From: Octopus vulgaris | Taxonomy: Eukaryota | NCBI GenBank assembly: GCA_951406725.2 | Contig: OX597830.1 | Span: 44,640,001-44,704,000 of the forward strand | Direction of reading: 5' to 3' | DNA length: 64,000 nucleotides | Shown: piece after piece, positions 41,850 to 54,320 of the stretch | Numbering within the stretch: position 1 is the stretch's first letter | How the letters are laid out: the number at the start of each line of letters is the position of its first letter | Notes under the pieces: generated by a model | What the model was told of the DNA's origin: nothing | Database searches by the model: none | What the model saw: only the letters and a program-made list of their open reading frames with translations | Position numbers and translations under genes: made by a program

Positions 41850-43700
41850 CAGTCAGGGGCACGATCTGTGGATCTAACAATCGGTAATCGCACATCCTTA
41901 TCGTCAAGGAAATATTGGACGTGTCGCAGGCTCAGAGCGTGACTGCGCATCACTAGACATTGCATGATCGGTCCTCCACTCAGCGTATGTTGACAGCGAA
42001 AGAACTGTTTGACCAATAGACCACATCTCTTCCACAGAAAAAGAAAAACCAAACGCTTCAATCTCATCAGCCATGAAGTGGAGCAAGGCACGAGAGTCTG
42101 GTGATAACATAAGCAAAGTAAGCCTCTCATGGACAGTTTCTTCACAGCCCATTTCTGACTGAAACTAGCCACCCCACAAATCACGTCTCCCAGGTCTGTT
42201 CCACTTGGAGATTTGGATCAAACCAAATCGTGAGCAATTTAACCGGTACAGTCGTCCACTACCCCATGATGCTGTTGGACGGCATGGACCTGCTTCTCCA
42301 GGTACCCAGATGCAATCTCACCGACGTCTTCTGGTTAACTTTTGTTCCTGTCCCCGTCTAGCAGCTCCCCAGTGTAGTACCAATCAGCTCCGACATTATT
42401 TCACTGACAATTACCCGCTTCTGCAATCATGGATCTTTCATGCCAGAGTTCTGACGGGATGCCCCCAACCCATTTAACCCCCAAATTCAGAGGAAGTAAC
42501 TCTTAGGACAGTACGTACAGAAGAGAAAGGGAAGAGAGGTGTCATCCTTGACGGTCGGAGTGCTTGATACTAAACAGTACCGATAGGTGACTATTTAAAG
42601 TTACCACCAAGCAAATGACACAATAAATTGTAATGATCTAGCTTCTGCAGACGAGCCCGAATCCAATTACTTTGTGGAATGCCACCAAGTATTAATGGTC
42701 AACTCTATCAAACGGTTCCAACTGATTTAAATTAACCAGAACCCCACCTATGCCAGGCTTTTTACCTAAATTTTCTGTGGTGCACCATGTGAGGTGGAGA
42801 TTGTTATAGATAAATCTGTTTGCTATAGCACATTTAGTACCTCATCTATCGGAGTATCGAGGACCAGCACCGACTTTTTCGATAATATTTTGGTCAAAAT
42901 CTTCAAACCATCTCCCTTGTTCGGGTCCTTTCTCAGCTACACTTCTTTCCACAGAACTGGATATTCCCACGTTTATTGCCAGTTGCATTAGAAATCTGTC
43001 AAGCAGTCCCTGAATAAGTCTGGCATATGACGATAAAGCTTGAAGGATAGACCATCAGGCCCCGGCGACTCCTCCATCGTCCAGCCCGATATTGTTTCCC
43101 GTATTTCATCAGCTGATATCGGCTTTTTACAGAACTTCGCATTCCAGGCCAAGAGCCATGGCACACCATCGATGTAGGCAGTAAAGCTCATCTCCATCCA
43201 TCGTCCACCATCGACTAGCCACCCCAAATAGTTGAGCGAAGTGTCACATCTGCTGTAGTAGATCGTCACGCACCCTTCCAAATTCCCCAAAGGTCGAATT
43301 GTGGCCTTGTTGCTGCATTGAGCATCTTCCACCCTTATTCCTTCGATCGCATACTCTAGCTCTGAAAATTCAACCTTCGTGCTTAGTGTAGAAGAATAGA
43401 TCAAGGGCCACATGTGCTGCCAGTATGTGAGACATGCATTCAAGATGGCGTTGCAATTACACACTAGCACTAAAGATCGGGACGTTCCTAGGAAACCCTC
43501 GAAAGGCCTGAATAAATCCTGCTTCCTTTCCACAGTGAAGAACACACAGTTATCAGTCTAAAGGCATCACCTTCGCTACTGTTCACATCTACAACTAATA
43601 ACATAGAGTCCAGGAAGACAAAACGCATCTTGAGAATCATGTCTGCCCAGGTCCACGAAAATTGAATGGATCTCTAGTCCCAGGTCTTTCCGAAATAGTC
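41850..43700 (-). mobile_element. L1/Tx1-like non-LTR retrotransposon, degenerate
   Basis: KPISADEIRETISGWTMEESPGPDGLSFKLYRHMPDLF (pre-RT motif), followed by RT-like remnants in a GC-richer segment. Confidence 0.65.
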
Positions 43701-45646
43701 CTGTCACTTCGCCACCCCACCACCCATTCCAGATTTAATAAGAAATGTGAAGATATTGAATCTGCTACAAACGGGTGCAAATTTGTGTGTATTCGAATTC
43801 CTAGTCTCGCTGATGATTATTACATCCAAACCTAGTAATTTGCGCTCATTAAGCAGGCAACCCCGTAAAATAATATTAAGCATTCATAAAGATTGCTACA
43901 AAAATTTAATTACAACACTGGACGTCAATAATGTGTTTGTGAATGTTTTTCATTCGGTCATCCATTCATTTTGTTTGTAGGTTAACATTGTGTGCATGTT
44001 TTCCCTTTACAATAATTCATTATAAATTAATAAAAACACTCTAAATAAACTGAAGAAAAAAGACCTAATAGTGGAAACTCATTATTGCTTCTCTCTTAAA
44101 TGAATTCATAAAACCTTTTCACATATTTAAAAAGCAAGAGAATTTCTAGTTCCAAGATACAAAGTTTGAGCAACATAGGAAAGTTGATGCTGATTTAAAT
44201 ATATACTACATCTGATTTATGAAATTTATAAAGAAAATAAAAACTAGTTACGAAACCTAGGAATGCTTGATGCATTTTTAAAGTAATGAGATACACCTTC
44301 TACTCATGTGAACTAAGTTCAAGTTGCAAAGCCACATCAAGTGATGAATCCATATGAACAGCAAATGAAAATTGAGGGATAAAATAGAAAAAACTAGAGA
44401 CATTTTCTTATTTAACATTTTAAATGATGTATTTAACCAAATGATCGTTTATTCGGAAACTGCTTGCTTTTTATCAAAACCTTCCAAAAACTGCTTGCTT
44501 CAAATCTCATCACTGACGATATAATCATTCGAATGATTAAGTTGAGATCTTTCTGTATGTAAAATGAAGTAGATGAAATAAATTAATACATAAAAGGGGA
44601 GAGAGAGAGAGAGAGAAAAAAAAAAGGAAAGCAAAGAATGGGTCAGATATAATTAAAACTGAACAATTGGTAGAAGTCTGTCCGCATGAAATATCCTGAA
44701 AGTAGACCTTTTGCAAAATCTAAAACCTCTGAATGATATGGCTACATATGCTGCCACATTCTTATGAAAGTATTGTAATACACACACACACACACAATGT
44801 TTTTTACAATATTGCCGATGTATTATCGTTCACCAAACTTATGTAAAAATGGACACATGCTCAAGCAATGTGAGGGATGCCAAGAAGGGAGCGGGTAGGT
44901 GAGAGAAAGTATGAAAACAATAAGTGCATAAGACACCAACATGAAGACGGAAGTAGTGAGAGGCAGATGTTGTTCAAGGTCAAAAAAATCATTGATACTA
45001 TGATTTTAATTTTCAAACTTGTTAACATTTACCTGCATTATAATGAGGGTGGAGCGAAATAAAGGCAGTTTTCCGGAATTAGTGATCATATATCTCTTTT
45101 TCTATAAGTACGAAATTCAGTAACCTGAGGTTCCGCAAAACAAAGGATGCCTGTATAAACGGCGTGAGGTATTTTAAGCACTTATTTATGTCTATTAACT
45201 TACAAGATTAGGAAAGGTATTATGTTAGAAAATCAAGCATTTATTATTAGTCGTGACCCTTGGATTAATGGGATTGATATGAAGTTATTGAACCAAAAAA
45301 CAAAAATTAGCGTGGGTGAGTCTGTGTGATGGCACATGACCAAACGGTTAGGGTGCTGCTCCTGTAATCGTCTGTTCGATTTCCAGGCCCGGTGGTGTGT
45401 TGGGTTTTTGAGCTAAACGCTTCATTTCACGTTGTTCTGCAACCACTTGGACATCTCATTTGTGGCAACTAAGCACCTATACAGGTGATGTCGATTTGAT
45501 GGAGAAAGCGAGCTAATGCGCAGCACGAACACGTGATCATAATTAAAAAAATCATTTGTAGGTTGTTCAGAAAGGAAATACAGAACCGTCATTCTTGAAA
45601 TCGTGACTATAATTAAAAAATATTTGAAAGAAATCGTTTTTTGGTT

Positions 45647-45818
45647 TCGTAAAGTATACTAGCCATCTCAATATGGCTAACCACTAAGGGTGGGTGTTAC
45701 TGTAGCTTTTAGCCCCAGGAGATCATCGTCTCCAGCTGGCTTTAGGCAGACTTTCTGTGCTACAGTAACACCCACCCTTAGTGGTTAGCCATATTAAGAT
45801 GACTAGTGTACTTTACGA
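45647..45818. repeat. Hairpin/MITE-like repeat with 60-bp inverted arms
   Basis: 45647-45706 versus 45759-45818 are reverse complements with 3 mismatches. Confidence 0.85.
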
Positions 45819-46264
45819 TGTCGAGCAGTTACTGTTTACATCTCATTCAGAGATTTATTATTGTTTTTTGGTTTCTCATCCAGAAATCTGCTTTCCATTG
45901 TTCTCCACCATACATTCGGCTTTCCAACAAGTATAAATACAAAGCATTGGCGTGGGTCGGTCGTTTTCGCTTCCATAAGTTCTATGCCTATCGCTTTCTA
46001 GCAAGCACCTCTTCCTAACAGACATACATGTTACCAAAGTGGCGAGAGCTTCATCATTGTCATTCTCCCTTTACCACTATTTAACAACCGACTATTACAG
46101 ACAACATTTGTATACCTAATCTAACGCGGAATTCAAAGGAAAATAAATCTGGCACGCAAGAACTTTCATCACCATGTTGATTCTTATGGTTTATATTACA
46201 CTGTCTCACGGAGTTTGAACACTCTAACAGTATCATAACCTGTTACACACACTCATACTCATAC

Positions 46265-46500
46265 ACACGTCTTTGTGTCTATGTTTGTCCCCCACCACCA
46301 CCACCACCGCTTGGCAACCGGTGCTGATATGTTTATGTTCCCGTAAGTTAGCGGTTCGGCTGAAGAAGACGATAGAGTAAGTATCAGGCTTTAAACAATA
46401 AGTACTAGTGCCGCTATATTTGACTAAAAGTTCTTCAAGGCGGTGCCCCAGCATGGCCTCAGTCTATTGACTGAAGAAAATAAAAAAATAGAAAATAAAA
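46265..46500 (+). mobile_element. SINE 3' body and tail
   Basis: Ends ggtgccccagcatggcc.cagtc..tgactgaa..aaataaa. The same tail occurs at ~4388 and ~38092, and reversed at ~53550-53590. Confidence 0.7.
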
Positions 46501-46536
46501 GAACAGATAGATAGACAGACAGATAGATAAACTGAC

Positions 46537-46612
<76 letters not shown>

Positions 46613-46621
46613 CTTGAATAT

Positions 46622-46775
46622 CTCATCCTACTCCAGCAGCGTCGTCTGCGTTGGCTCGGTTACGTGCATCGAATACCGAACGGAAGGATTTGAAAACCTC
46701 CTGTACCGGGAATTGGCCACCGGCACAAGAGCACGAGAATGACTTCATCTTCGGTTCAAGGACGTCTACAAGGGA
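46622..46775 (+). mobile_element. Old RTE LINE 3' fragment
   Basis: LQQRRLRWLGYVHRIPNGRI..LLYRELATGTRARE.LHLRFKDVY, homologous to the C-terminus of the ORF at 55243-58257. Confidence 0.75.
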
Positions 46776-46927
46776 GTTATGTGTATTATAGATGCATACA
46801 TTATATATATATATATATAAAAGATGTTTACATACAATATATATATATATGTTATATACATCTACATGTATATGTATGTATGAATATATAAGTACCACAG
46901 AATTTGAATCAAACTGTTTTGATCCAT

Positions 46928-46958
<31 letters not shown>

Positions 46959-48023
46959 TACATACATACATACATACACAAATACTAAAATTACATCGCT
47001 GGAGCATTACTACAACCATTACTACAACCTCCAATGCCACCACCACAACCATCTTATTTATGTATTTTTTGTTATACAATTTATTTTTAAGCTGAATCCC
47101 TATCCTGCCATTAACCTCCTTCTTATAAAATAGTTGAAGAATCTGGGGTGTAGGAATTGGGCCAGTATTGGAACTTTTAACTTCTTGCTCTCTATATTAT
47201 GATCTCCGAAATTTAAGAATCTTGTGTTAACTGGGCTCTTATTATTTACTCTGACTCTGCCACCTCCTCAATGCAAAGACTATCAATATCAGATTCATCT
47301 TCACAACCACCACTACAACCATTACTACAACCTCCAATGCCACCACCACAACCATCTTCTGCAACCACAACCCCAAGACCAATACCAAAATCACCAATTT
47401 CTCCACCACTACACTCTGCAATGTCTTCAACACTACCATCCATGACACATCCTAACATAATCAATGCCACTACTACTATCATCATCATTATCATCATCAT
47501 CCACTGCCGCCACCACCACCACCACCTCTACAAAAACACCAACACTATAATTGCTGCCATCATACACATCCACTGTCACCACTACACCACCACCACCACC
47601 ACTGCCATGATAACCACATCTACCACAGCTGTTTGCTTACTTCTTACCCACGCCGTTTAAAATTTTCACAAAATAGCTGTCTACGTCACAGTAACACTAT
47701 GCAGCTGATGATTTCAGATCAAAACAGACAATACGATTGGTTAAAATTCGCAGATTTAAACTACGTTTAAACTTACAAAATACATTTTTCTCAAAAAAAC
47801 TAGTTGAAATTAATGTTTTCTTTTGACACATTCTACCAGTATACGAAGTTTCAAATTATTTAGTTGACTAGAAAAATATGTCCTTCTTTTAGAAAAGATC
47901 CGGTCCAGTAGTCATATAGGCGAGGGGAAGTGTAACAGAAACTCGCAACCAAAGAAAAACGCACTCGACGGATGCCTACTCCTCCTCCCCTTCCACCACC
48001 TCCTCCGCCGCCGCCTCCTCTTC

Positions 48024-48211
<188 letters not shown>

Positions 48212-48304
48212 TTATATTTATATATAATAACAACTGATGGATAAAGGTTCACTACAGCTGTTTGTAATGTGTTTTTATTGAGGAACAGAACTGTAACATC
48301 ATGC

Positions 48305-48552
48305 AAAAGAAAAACCCGTTTTCATCAGGTGAAATAGGTCAAAATTAACAATTACAGTTTGAAATGAAAATTAACATAGAGGCATGTGACTCGACGATTC
48401 CAATGTCGATCATAGTGGGAAAGGACTGAAAAGAAAAACCCGTTTTCATCAGGTGAAATAGGTCAAAATTAACAATTACAGTTTGAAATGAAAATTAACA
48501 TAGAGGCATGTGACTCGACGATTCCAATGTCGATCATAGTGGGAAAGGACTG
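48305..48552. repeat. 124-bp direct tandem duplication
   Basis: 48305-48428 and 48429-48552 are identical by eye. Confidence 0.9.
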
Positions 48553-49051
48553 AGATAGTAATAAGCTTATGGTTAGGAGATCGTTTCGTGGCTGGAAAGA
48601 GAAAGAAAGAAAAAGAACAGAGGAATACAGGAGAATAAAGGATGGAAGGATGAGAGAAAGACTAATGCGAGGGAGAAAAAGAAGATAATGCTTTATCCTT
48701 CTATCCTTTAAAGCTTATAAATAAAATTATCTTAGTTTTAGTAGAGTTGAGAGAAGAACGAAGACGCACGCACATTTCGATAGATACCTTATATATTTGT
48801 TATATTTCTGTAACTTTTAATAATTTATAACCCTATTACTATTTATATTTCATATGTATTGTAGAAAACTCACATATTTCATATTCTACATCACATACCA
48901 AATCGTATATTTCTGGAATAAATATGCATGTGTATTTGTGTATATCTCTAACTAGGGTCTGAAGAAGCGCTATAAAATTAAGCACTTCATGGACATGAAA
49001 CCCAGGGTAACCCCATATAGCAGCCATATCTAAATTATCTCTCTCTCTCTC

Positions 49052-49166
<115 letters not shown>

Positions 49167-49212
49167 CAAGTCAAAAATAGAAAATGCTAAAATAATTTTA
49201 TAGTGAACATTT

Positions 49213-49250
49213 CAGTACCGGTTTCGGTCATTTTGAGACCTTTTCAACTG
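49213..49250 (-). ncRNA. Minimal hammerhead ribozyme, U3:A8 core variant (pLTR copy 1)
   Basis: Exact reverse complement of 52464-52501. Confidence 0.7.
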
Positions 49251-50039
49251 TAACGATTAAATAATTAAATTTAGAAAAATTAGAAGAAAAGTTTTTTTAA
49301 AAGAATATTTCTATAGTAGTGTTCAGATTTAAGTGGCATTCTGCCTTTCTCTGACTCCCTTGTTTGCACTTGTGTGTTGAAGGTCGTTGTGAGTTCTTTG
49401 TAGGGTAGTAGAGGAAGAAGGCTGGTGAGGAAAGGGGGGTGGGAGAATCTGGGAGTGCCCTGATGGTCATATTTTGAATGGTCAGTGGCGGCTGGCAGTC
49501 TCAGTTCAATTCAGGAGAATATTTATATTGACAGGCTTGTTTATAGAATTAGCGTAGGTGTTATACTAAAAAACATTAGTGACAAAGTTAAGGGGTAGGG
49601 GGTGGAGAAGTAGAAGAGGAAGAAGAAGAAGAAGAAGAAGAAGAAGAAGAAGAAGAAGAAGAAGGAGAAGGAGAAGATGACGATGATGGTGATGGTGGTG
49701 ATGATTATGACGACGATGATGATGATAATGATGATGATGAAGAAGAAGAAGAAGAAGAAGAAGAAGAAGAAGAAGAAGAAGAAGAAGAAGAAGAAGAAGG
49801 AGGAGAAGGAGAAGATGGTGGTGATGATGATGACGACGATGATGATGATAATGATGGTGATGAAGAAGAAGAGGAAGGAGAAGAAGAAGAAAAAAACAGA
49901 GAAGGGAGAATATGAATGGGTGTAAGTTTAGCTATGAAGGGGCTGATTAGTAATGGATTCTATGGAGTGTAATATTTGTGTGTGTATATATATTTTTTTC
50001 TTTTATTCTAAAGTTGAGGTATATTAATTGTTTGTCGTA

Positions 50040-52170
50040 GACCCGTTAAGAAGTGGCTTGTATTTTGTAATAAAGAGATTTTCTTTACTTATTCGTTGTC
50101 TCGAGGTTGTATCGTCCCTAAATTGGTAGAGGGGGAAAATTCTGAAGTTTGGTGTTTTTTTTGTTGGCGCAAGAATCTATGTGTTGGCTAAAAACTATTT
50201 TTCTATTTTGGGAATTTTTATCGGATCTGTGCAGGGCCATTCGTTTACGCAAACCATTTTTTGTTTGGCCTATGTACTGCTCTTGACACCCGGAGCAGGT
50301 TAGTGAGTATATTAGGTTCTCCGAAGCACATGTGAAGTTGCTTTTCACTGTAAACCGTTGTCCCTGTTTGAAGGAGAACTCTGAGCCCTCAATTAGATAG
50401 TCGCATATCCCGCAATTGGGTCTTCCACATTTTTTTACTGTCGGCTTCTGTGTTGAAGAGTGAATTCGGGCTTGTGTAAGGAGACTTTTCATGGATCTAG
50501 GCTGTCTTTTGCTTTTTATGATCGTGTGTGTTTGGAGGATTGTGTTCATTCTGTGGTCTTTTTTTAGGAGGGGTATGTTGTGGAGGATGGTGTCGAAGGC
50601 TTCGTTATTGAGAGGGTTGTGTGTGGAGATGTATGGTAAGGCTTTTGGTTGTAAGTTTTTCTTTGATTTGGGATGTCTCAGTTCCTTGATGTTAAGTTGA
50701 AGGGCACGTTGAATGCACTTGTCAATAAGTGAAGGTGGATAGTTCCTGGTGATTAGGGTATCTTTTAGTTCTTGTAGTCGTGTGTCTCTGGTGTTTGCGT
50801 TAGAGACTATAGTGCATATCCTTTTTGCTAGATTGAAGGGGATATTCATCCTGGTGTGTCTGGGGTGGCATGAATTGAATGGAAGATATTGCTTAGAGTC
50901 TGTAGGCTTATAGTATATGTCTGTTTCTATTATATTATTAGCTTTCTTAATGAGGATATCGAGGAAGGGGAGTTGTTGTTGGCTATATTCCATCGTGAAT
51001 TGGATGTTTACGTCCAGTCCGTTTAAAATTTTCTCGAATTCTATGAGTTTTTCTATATTTTTATGCCAAAGGATGAAACAGTCATCTAGATATCTCTTCC
51101 AGTTGTTTTCTATGTAGATGGAGAAAGGGCTGCCATATCTTTCTAGAACCTTACGATACAGACTGATCTCTAGGTATCCTATGACTAGGTTGGCAAAGGA
51201 GGGGGCCATTCGTGTACCCATCGCAGTCCCCGATTTTGTCGGTAGAAGTTGTCATTGAAGGCGAAGAAGTTATTTTCCAGGATGAATTTAACCCCTTCTA
51301 TCACAAATTCTTTTTTGATGCGGTGTAGTAGTTCGTTGGCGTGATTCTCTAGCCAGAATTGGATTGCCTCTAGTCCTAGGTTGTGGGGGATATTGGAGTA
51401 GAGGTTGACTACATCGAAGGATACCAGTATGGTGTTTTTGTTTATAGTATTCGGTAGGTGATTGAGCATATCTAAGTCGTCCCTTATATAGCTTTTGACA
51501 TGTTTGAGGAGTGGTTTTAACAGGGTGTCTAAAAAGTTACTGAGGCGGTGGGTTTCGCATGCGGGACCTGCTATTATGGGTCTCAATTTGAGGTCATTAG
51601 GATTAGGGACTTTAATTATTATGTCTGTAGCTATCTTGCATGCGTTGCTTATTTTTTCACTTTTGTGGATCTTAGGTATACCGTAGAATTGGCTAGTTTT
51701 ACTTGTGAAATTGGTCATATAATCATATTCTTTGTCGGTGAGCCCTGCTTTGTATGGGTTTAATATGGATTTTAGTTCCCTCATTATTTTTTGTTGACTG
51801 TAGTTTTGTGCCTTTTCATAGTATGTTGTGTCTTCCAGCATAGAAAGTACCAAAGTTATGTAAAATGTATCCATTAAGACAACAGCACTCCCTTTATCGG
51901 CCTCTTTGATTGTTATTGTTTTATCTAGTTTTAATTTGTTCAACTCAGCCCATTCTTTTTTGCTGAAGTTTGGTTTGTGTTTTTGTTTGTGCATATGTTG
52001 ATATGGGTAATTTGATATGTGGTCACAGAAATCATCAAGTGTTTTATTCTTACCTTTCGAGGGGGTGTAGTTACTCCTATTTCTGGCTAACGATTCGTCC
52101 TCGTTGTATTTATCGTATAGCTCCTCAGTAAGTCTTAATTTTCTGCAGAATTCTGCGATGTCTTCTTTCA
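50040..52170 (-). pseudogene. Penelope RT / GIY-YIG endonuclease ORF with frameshifts
   Basis: FYGIPKIHK, LRPIIAG, SFDVVNLYSNIP, MGTRMAPSFANL, KRYLDDCF, LPFLDILI and NLIYSLTCSGCQEQYIGQT. Frameshift at ~51225 and another near the 3' end. Confidence 0.92.
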
Positions 52171-52463
52171 TTGACAAGCCTGTCAATATAAATATTCTCC
52201 TGAATTGAACTGAGACTGCCAGCCGCCACTGACCATTCAAAATACGACCATCAGGGCACTCCCAGATTCTCCCACCCCCCTTTCCTCACCAGCCTTCTTC
52301 CTCTACTACCCTACAAAGAACTCACAACGACCTTCAACACACAAGTGCAAACAAGGAAGTCAGAGAAAGGCAGAATGCCACTTAAATCTGAACACTACTA
52401 TAGAAATATTCTTTTAAAAAAACTTTTCTTCTAATTTTTCTAAATTTAATTATTTAATCGTTA

Positions 52464-52501
52464 CAGTTGAAAAGGTCTCAAAATGACCGAAACCGGTACT
52501 G
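52464..52501 (+). ncRNA. Minimal hammerhead ribozyme, U3:A8 core variant (pLTR copy 2)
   Basis: cag-TTGAAAA-ggtc(tcaaaat)gacc-GAAA-ccgg-TA-ctg, with palindromic stem III accggt. Confidence 0.7.
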
Positions 52502-52588
52502 AAATGTTCACTATAAAATTATTTTAGCATTTTCTATTTTTGACTTGTTTTTTCATATATATCAACTCGTGTGTTCCTTTTCACCCTT

Positions 52589-52681
<93 letters not shown>

Positions 52682-52854
52682 TTGTATACTGTCAACATAA
52701 CGTGACAGTCCCGTATGGGAATATTACAGCAGCGCTGTTTAGCCCTAGGAAGCATCGAACGCTTCCTGTCGGCTTTGACACATTTCCCGTGTCCTTATAT
52801 TTGTGAAGGGGAGGCAAGCACCCCCACCAGCCAAGATTCACACCTGAGGACATG

Positions 52855-52897
<43 letters not shown>

Positions 52898-54107
52898 GCA
52901 CACACACACACACACAAATACACATACATATGTATATATATCTTCTACACTCAATAAAACGTTGAAATAAAATGATTAAATAGATAGCTTTAAAAACATC
53001 TGAAACACGTAAATATGCCTGTTAGCTTATATACATTAATGCATCACACTAACATATTGAGATATATCCGGCTTTACGTTTCCTCTGTTACAATTGTTAT
53101 TGTATGTACTTGATGTGACAGTAAGTCCATTCTCAAATGCTATTCATAATACATGTTAGCGGTAGCGGTTGAAGTAATATAAGAGGTGTTAGTAATAGCA
53201 GTAGTGGTGGTGGTGGCGGCGATACTCCTTGTTGTTTAGCTCCAGGTTAAACTTAAATCAAGTAGATCTATGATCAAAAACATTCCAGCTATAATCATCT
53301 TTCCCCTTTTTAGGGTCATATCTAACACTATATTATCTACCTGTAATATGTACTTCTTTTTTTTGTTATAGATTGGGTATGATTTGGAAGAAATTTAGCT
53401 GCTATTTCTAGAGTCTCTCTTTTTAGCATGAGTTGTCACTGTAGTTATCATTGTTGTTAGCTCAGATCAAACCTATTTGAATAGAGCCGTGAGCAGAGGC
53501 AGTTCAGCCATGACCAGCCCATTCTTTATAGACATAGGAATGTTCTTTTACTTTTATCAGTCATAGAACTGTGATCATGCTGGGGTCTCTGCCTCAAAGA
53601 GTTTAGGTATTTGAATTGACATCAGTGATTATTTTAAAGTCAGATTCTTTTCCTGTTGGTTTCTTTTGCCAAAGTGCTATTTCATGGAGACAAAGACAAT
53701 CCAATACTCATTGTCAAGCAGTGATAAACACACACACACACACATTATTCACCCACAGCAATGAGTGAATGATATTCTTAACCATTTAGCATTTAAACTG
53801 GCTGTATCTGGTTGAAATATCCTACCTGTTTCATGTTAAAACTGGCAAGGTATGGCCTCTCACACCTGCTCTACAATGTCATTATAAAAATATACAATTG
53901 CATTAAAATCTCCAAAACAATATTAATAAAAAAAGCATAACATTTAATGCTAAAGAGCTGAAAGATAATTTAGTATAATTAAACTTCCCTAAAATTTCCA
54001 AATGAAGGGAGTCTAATACTAAAAAACAATCTTTAAACATTTTGCATGGAAAAAAAACTTATGAGGTAAATATATTGATGACTTGGAGAGAGAATAAGGG
54101 TGAAATT

Positions 54108-54283
54108 CGTATTTAAGCATATCTCATTTATTTCAGAAAAAGCAATTAGTATAATTTAATTTTAATGAAGAGGAATCTAATACTTTATGAAAGTATACGT
54201 ATTTAAGCATATCTCATTTATTTCAGAAGAAGCAATTAGTATAATTTAATTTTAATGAAGAGGAATCTAATTCTTTATGAAAG
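54108..54283. repeat. 90-bp-period direct tandem duplication
   Basis: cgtatttaagcatatctc.. starts at 54108 and again at 54198; 2 mismatches seen. Confidence 0.9.
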
Positions 54284-54320
54284 CAGTAGTTTCTGCTACA
54301 GCTATTACTACTGCTATTAC

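Noticed and set aside
45033-45150. Candidate upstream exon (AG..CAG|GTaaat, 118 nt, minus strand)
   Set aside because: Stops in all three frames over the full length. It could only be a start exon (MITNSGKLPLFRSTLIIMQ), and nothing independent supports that.
47224-47660. Pro/Thr/His-rich ORFs (mucin- or extensin-like)
   Set aside because: Derived from degenerate CAC/CAT/TAC trinucleotide repeats, open in several frames, with no convincing splice context.
49619-49925. Poly-K/M ORF
   Set aside because: (GAA)n/(GAT)n microsatellite inside the Penelope 3' region.
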